Source: Promethearchaeota archaeon | GTDB lineage: Archaea > Asgardarchaeota > Lokiarchaeia > Sigyniarchaeales > SOKP01 | Direction: 5' to 3' | Assembly: GCA_019058245.1 (NCBI GenBank) | Contig: JAHPZJ010000006.1 | Coordinates: 96,457 to 160,456 of the forward strand | DNA: 64,000 nucleotides | Part shown: positions 59,958 through 64,000 of the stretch, in pieces | Numbering within the stretch: the first letter of the stretch is position 1 | How the letters are laid out: each line of letters starts with the position of its first letter | Notes under the pieces: model-generated | Seen by the model: only the letters and a program-made list of their open reading frames with translations | Databases searched by the model: none | Told to the model about the DNA's origin: nothing | Translations under genes and position numbers: made by a program

Positions 59958-60932
59958 TCAAATCTCAAAAATATTACCTGTATTATAGATGGTACTATCC
60001 AAGTCTAAAATAATCTGTCCCCCTGAAGCTATTTCTACTGCATTATTTATTCCTTCTAAAGCTCTATGCATCATGAATTCATAAGCTCTAAAACAATCTT
60101 CCAACTGAGCTATCCTACTTTCGGCATAATATTGTGAAATAGCAGGAATGAGTTCAGGAATAAAATCTTGACTTATCATCATCTCTTCCGCATCTACATC
60201 TATTTCTTTTGCTACAGTAAAAGGTTTATATACATCCATTTGGGCAAACATAACCCTACATACAAATAAAGAAGCTTTAATTTCTTTCATTATAAATTTA
60301 ATTCTATTTTTATCATCTAGAAATTTTTTAAAAGTAATGGCATTAATGATGTCCTCATTTGTAATAGTTTTAGAAGTGTCCATTAATTCACTAACCCTCT
60401 CTGACATCCGTTTTGATGATAACATTAATTTAAGATTCATTTTATTCTTCTTATAATAATCCTGGTAAAAATTAGAAAGAAAAGAATGAGCTCCTAAATA
60501 TTCCTGATCTTCAAAATTAGTTAATTTATAATTATTTTCTTTAAATCTATCCATAAAATTCTTAATTACTAAAAATTTCACTTTTAATCTATGTAAAGCA
60601 AAAAATAAACACAACCTTGTTTTTGCATATGCTTCTACATTTCCCATCCTAAACCTATCATGATGATCTCTAGAATACATAACAATTGGCTTTAATTTTC
60701 TCACAATTACTTCAATGAAATAATCAATAATATGCTCAAGTGGTTCGCAATCTATTACATGGAACTTTTCTACTAATTTTTTACTAGATGGTTGACTTTG
60801 CGGTAAATCTTTAATTTCATCATAATTATAATATTCGAGAAAAAGTGAAGTCAATGCTTCCATCTCTAAAACGGTTCGGCATGGTATAAAGACCTTGTTT
60901 AAATCATATAAGATTGGATTACTTTCTGGCAT
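59958..60932 (-). CDS. Hypothetical protein divergent from Lokiactin
   Basis: 324-aa ORF with a GGAG SD; mostly helical, no motif recognised. Confidence 0.8.
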   Translation of the reverse strand: MPESNPILYDLNKVFIPCRTVLEMEALTSLFLEYYNYDEIKDLPQSQPSSKKLVEKFHVIDCEPLEHIIDYFIEVIVRKLKPIVMYSRDHHDRFRMGNVEAYAKTRLCLFFALHRLKVKFLVIKNFMDRFKENNYKLTNFEDQEYLGAHSFLSNFYQDYYKKNKMNLKLMLSSKRMSERVSELMDTSKTITNEDIINAITFKKFLDDKNRIKFIMKEIKASLFVCRVMFAQMDVYKPFTVAKEIDVDAEEMMISQDFIPELIPAISQYYAESRIAQLEDCFRAYEFMMHRALEGINNAVEIASGGQIILDLDSTIYNTGNIFEI

Positions 60933-61392
60933 ATATTATTCTCCTTTTGATATAATTTAATAAAATATAGGTAAGATCCCTCTTCTTATCAAGTAATATT
61001 TAATTCATCGTTTATAATAAGTTTTTTATCAGATTTTCTTTTGAAGTATTTTCCTTTTTTTTTTTATAATCAATATTATGAAGTTAAAATAACTTATTTG
61101 AAATAGAATGTTAAATTTGTTATCCTAAAACACTGTATTAAATTGATATCTGTACATATAGTTAAATAGGATTTTACATACATTTATAATGATTTATTGT
61201 TTTGTATTCAAAAAATTTATAAATGCGTGCATTATTATTATTTTAATTTTGATCTTACAATTTATCAAGTTAAAGGATAAATAATAAGAAAAAATTAACA
61301 ATAAGATTTTTTCAAAAAAATAAATTAAAAAATATAATCGAAGAAATTAACCAATTAAAAAAATAATTAAAATTAAGAGCTGAATTAGAAAT

Positions 61393-62538
61393 ATGGCAGA
61401 GGAAGAAAGCTTTTTGAACGCAAAAGCCTTGGTTGTTGATAATGGAACCGGTATTTCCAAAAATGGATTTGCTGGCGAGGATCAACCAAGGTCAGTTTTC
61501 CCAACACTAATTGGTTATCCCAAGTATGAAAGTATCATGACTGATGTTGAACATTATACGCGGGAATATTATATTGGTGAGGAAGCTATGCAATTAAAAG
61601 GCGTTTTAAAGTTAATGTTCCCTGTTGAACATGGTATCATTGAAGACTGGACAGCAATGGAGAAAATCTGGCATTATACATTTTATACTGATTTGCGTAT
61701 CGATCCAAGTGAACATCCTGTTCTTTTGACTGAAGCACCATTGAATCCACGACCAAATCGTGAAAAGATGGCTGAAATTATGTTTGAAACCTTTAATACG
61801 CCTGCTCTTTATGTAGCAATGCAAGCAGTATTAAGTCTTTATGCTTCGGGTCGTACTACTGGATGTGTTATAGATATTGGTGATGGTGTTTCCCACGTTG
61901 TACCTATTTTTGAAGGATTCGCCTTAAGCCATGCTATCCAAAGAATTGATCTCGCAGGTCGGGATATTACAACCTACTTACAGAGACTTCTTCGACAAAA
62001 GGGATATTCTTTCACAACATCAGCAGAAAAAGAAATTGTTCGAGATATTAAGGAAAAATTATGCTATGTAGCAATCGATCCTGAAAAAGAAATGATGCTT
62101 TCAAAGAAAGTAGCTGGGATGGAAAAGAGTTACATGCTTCCTGATGGAGAAACTATTAATGTTGGTGTAGAAAGATTCCTTGCTCCTGAGTGTTTCTTTA
62201 ATCCGAGCGTAATCGGAAAAGAATTAGAGCCTCTTGATGATGTAATTGTTGGTGCCATTTCAGAATGTGACGTAGATCTTCGAAGAGATTTATATAGCAA
62301 CATTGTACTTTCTGGTGGTTCCACTATGTTCCCTGGTATTAAAGAAAGACTAACCAAGGAAATTAAGGAGCAAATTCCTGAAAGTGTTGATGTAAAGATT
62401 ATCGCACCTCCAGAGCGTATGTACTCAGTATGGATTGGTGGAAGTATTCTCAGTTCACTGAAAACGTTTCATCGCATGTGGGTAACTAGGAGAGAATATA
62501 AGGAGATGGGACCACAGGTAATTCACCGATGCTTCTAA
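61393..62538 (+). CDS. Lokiactin (eukaryote-like actin)
   Basis: [75 protein letters not shown]-terminal HRCF. Confidence 0.97.
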   Translation: MAEEESFLNAKALVVDNGTGISKNGFAGEDQPRSVFPTLIGYPKYESIMTDVEHYTREYYIGEEAMQLKGVLKLMFPVEHGIIEDWTAMEKIWHYTFYTDLRIDPSEHPVLLTEAPLNPRPNREKMAEIMFETFNTPALYVAMQAVLSLYASGRTTGCVIDIGDGVSHVVPIFEGFALSHAIQRIDLAGRDITTYLQRLLRQKGYSFTTSAEKEIVRDIKEKLCYVAIDPEKEMMLSKKVAGMEKSYMLPDGETINVGVERFLAPECFFNPSVIGKELEPLDDVIVGAISECDVDLRRDLYSNIVLSGGSTMFPGIKERLTKEIKEQIPESVDVKIIAPPERMYSVWIGGSILSSLKTFHRMWVTRREYKEMGPQVIHRCF

Positions 62539-62655
62539 TCCAGGAAGCATATTTATGAATATCGAATGGGAATAAATTTCATAAGTTTTTTTATTTTTCT
62601 TTTTTTTATAGTGTCTATTTTAAGAAATATTTCGTTCTTACTTTGAATTGTTCTT

Positions 62656-62913
62656 ATGACTAAAAGAACGGAATCAAGAGAGACGTTAAAAAAAGTAGTT
62701 CATTTTGTGAAGTGATAATTTAAAGAAAAGCTTTCTAAATCTGTAAAAGTTTTACGGGTAAAGAGTGAAAAAACAGCGACTTTAGGTATGCCTCGCGAAT
62801 TTCAGATACGAAGTATAGGACCAACTCTCTATCTAGTGTTATCCGGTCAAGGAGATGAGAATACAGGTGGTGGTTTTCTTATATAAGAATATCTTCTTGA
62901 GTTGATAACTTGA
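62656..62913 (+). pseudogene. Possible degraded ORF with in-frame stops
   Basis: One frame reads MTKRTESRETLKKVVHFVK**FKEKLSKSVKVLRVKSEKTATLGMPREFQIRSIGPTLYLVLSGQGDENTGGGFLI*EYLLELIT*; GC content is more coding-like than the flanks. Confidence 0.35.
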
Positions 62914-63088
62914 TTTTAGGTGAAGGGTATAAAGAATGATATAATTAGACTTGAACCTCTCTCAATTATCAATTAATACTAATAAATTATAATGAACATA
63001 TATTTATTTTCAATTAATATAGAGTGATTCATCTAAATTAATCATAATCAATCAGTACTAAAACAAATAATTAGAGGATGAAATTTTA

Positions 63089-63520
63089 ATGAGGCGAATA
63101 TTACAATCTGTAAAAGAAGAACCTAGATTTATAGAAGTGGCTAAAGTTGGCGATATTGAAAAAGGAAAAATGAAAAATGTTCAAGTCGAAGGGATGGATA
63201 TTTTAATTGCTAATGTTGATGGAAAGTTTTATGCTATTGATGATAGATGCGGTCATATGAATGCCCTACTTTCAATGGGAAAATTGGTAGGTAATATTGT
63301 TACTTGTCCCTTTCATTTTGCTCAATTTGATGTTACTTCAGGAAAAAAAGTTAAAGAACCTGAATCTGAAGAAATCAAAGATGCAGATAAACTTCCTGAA
63401 GATATGCAAAATTACTTAAGTTACGTAGAAACATTAATTGAACCAGTAAAAACTTATGATATACAATCCTACAAATTAAAAATAGAAGGAAACAAAATTT
63501 TTCTTATGATAAACGCCTAA
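63089..63520 (+). CDS. Rieske [2Fe-2S] ferredoxin
   Basis: CGH...CPFH ligand motifs, FDVTSG. Confidence 0.93.
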   Translation: MRRILQSVKEEPRFIEVAKVGDIEKGKMKNVQVEGMDILIANVDGKFYAIDDRCGHMNALLSMGKLVGNIVTCPFHFAQFDVTSGKKVKEPESEEIKDADKLPEDMQNYLSYVETLIEPVKTYDIQSYKLKIEGNKIFLMINA

Positions 63521-64000
63521 AAATCAATTTTTAATGCTTTTCAACTTTTTTTTTAATTTTTGTAAATATATTTTCCATTTACTTAAACTTAACTTTTACT
63601 TCTCTTAATAAAGCAGTTATATTTCTATGTTAAAATTAAAAGCGGGATGGATAGTTGAGCTTATCTTCTTTTTTTAGATAATTTAATGTGAAATCTTAAT
63701 AAAAATCATAAACTATTTGACCAGAAATGAATGTTCTATAAAGTTTCTATTCATTATATATAAATTTAATTGTAAAAAAAGGTTTATACCCTATAGTTTT
63801 TATATAAATTTTGAAGATATAATGATCTAAAATTTAAAAATCGAAAAGATATACTATTAGGATTTGCATTTTCCAAGAGAACAACTAGTTATTTTACCCA
63901 ATCTCTAAATGAGATAATGTTTTAATCTAAAACACTAGATTAACAAGATGATAAAAAAAGGTTATAGTTCAGTTATAAAATCAAAATTTTTTAATCAAAT

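Noticed and set aside
1511-62357. Many other short ORFs overlapping well-supported genes (e.g. 2810..3136, 8862..9479, 32136..32471, 38304..38582, 41889..42218, 56875..57264)
   Set aside because: Antisense or alternative-frame shadows with no motifs.

Overview
AT-rich archaeal chromosome segment, most likely an Asgard archaeon of the Lokiarchaeia lineage. The basis is a eukaryote-like actin (Lokiactin), a Rab-like small GTPase, a gelsolin-like domain, an SDS22-like LRR protein, and archaeal Sm, RIO2 and aEF-1beta genes. Housekeeping content: a split 2-oxoacid:ferredoxin oxidoreductase (gamma separated from delta-alpha-beta by a PAS histidine kinase/response regulator pair), a complete trp operon (trpD-C-F-B-A-[QueG-like]-E-G), mutS/mutL, dihydrolipoamide dehydrogenase, and a 14 kb hdrCB-FrhB-hdrA-hdrA-mvhD-hdrA-flxDCBA-FrhB cluster. 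The strongest unannotated signal is a pair of Trp-rich leader peptides too short for the ORF track: MANEKIIPFRWHWSWRA* before trpD and MTTIKKNLSLRKFFISWFWVLHWHA* before a GNAT-methyltransferase gene. They share an identical 15-nt promoter motif at the same distance, a W-x-A-stop ending, and a covarying hairpin over the stop codon, which suggests ribosome-coupled tryptophan attenuation in an Asgard archaeon. Other highlights: an integrase-free 4.7 kb island with a double-HNH protein inserted in the lpdA 3' end, flanked by a duplicated gene end with a 65-bp identical core; a three-copy structured RNA-like element; a membrane-anchored gelsolin-like protein; GATC clusters in two promoter regions; and a phased operator array. 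All protein calls come from motif recognition by eye; no database searches were run.
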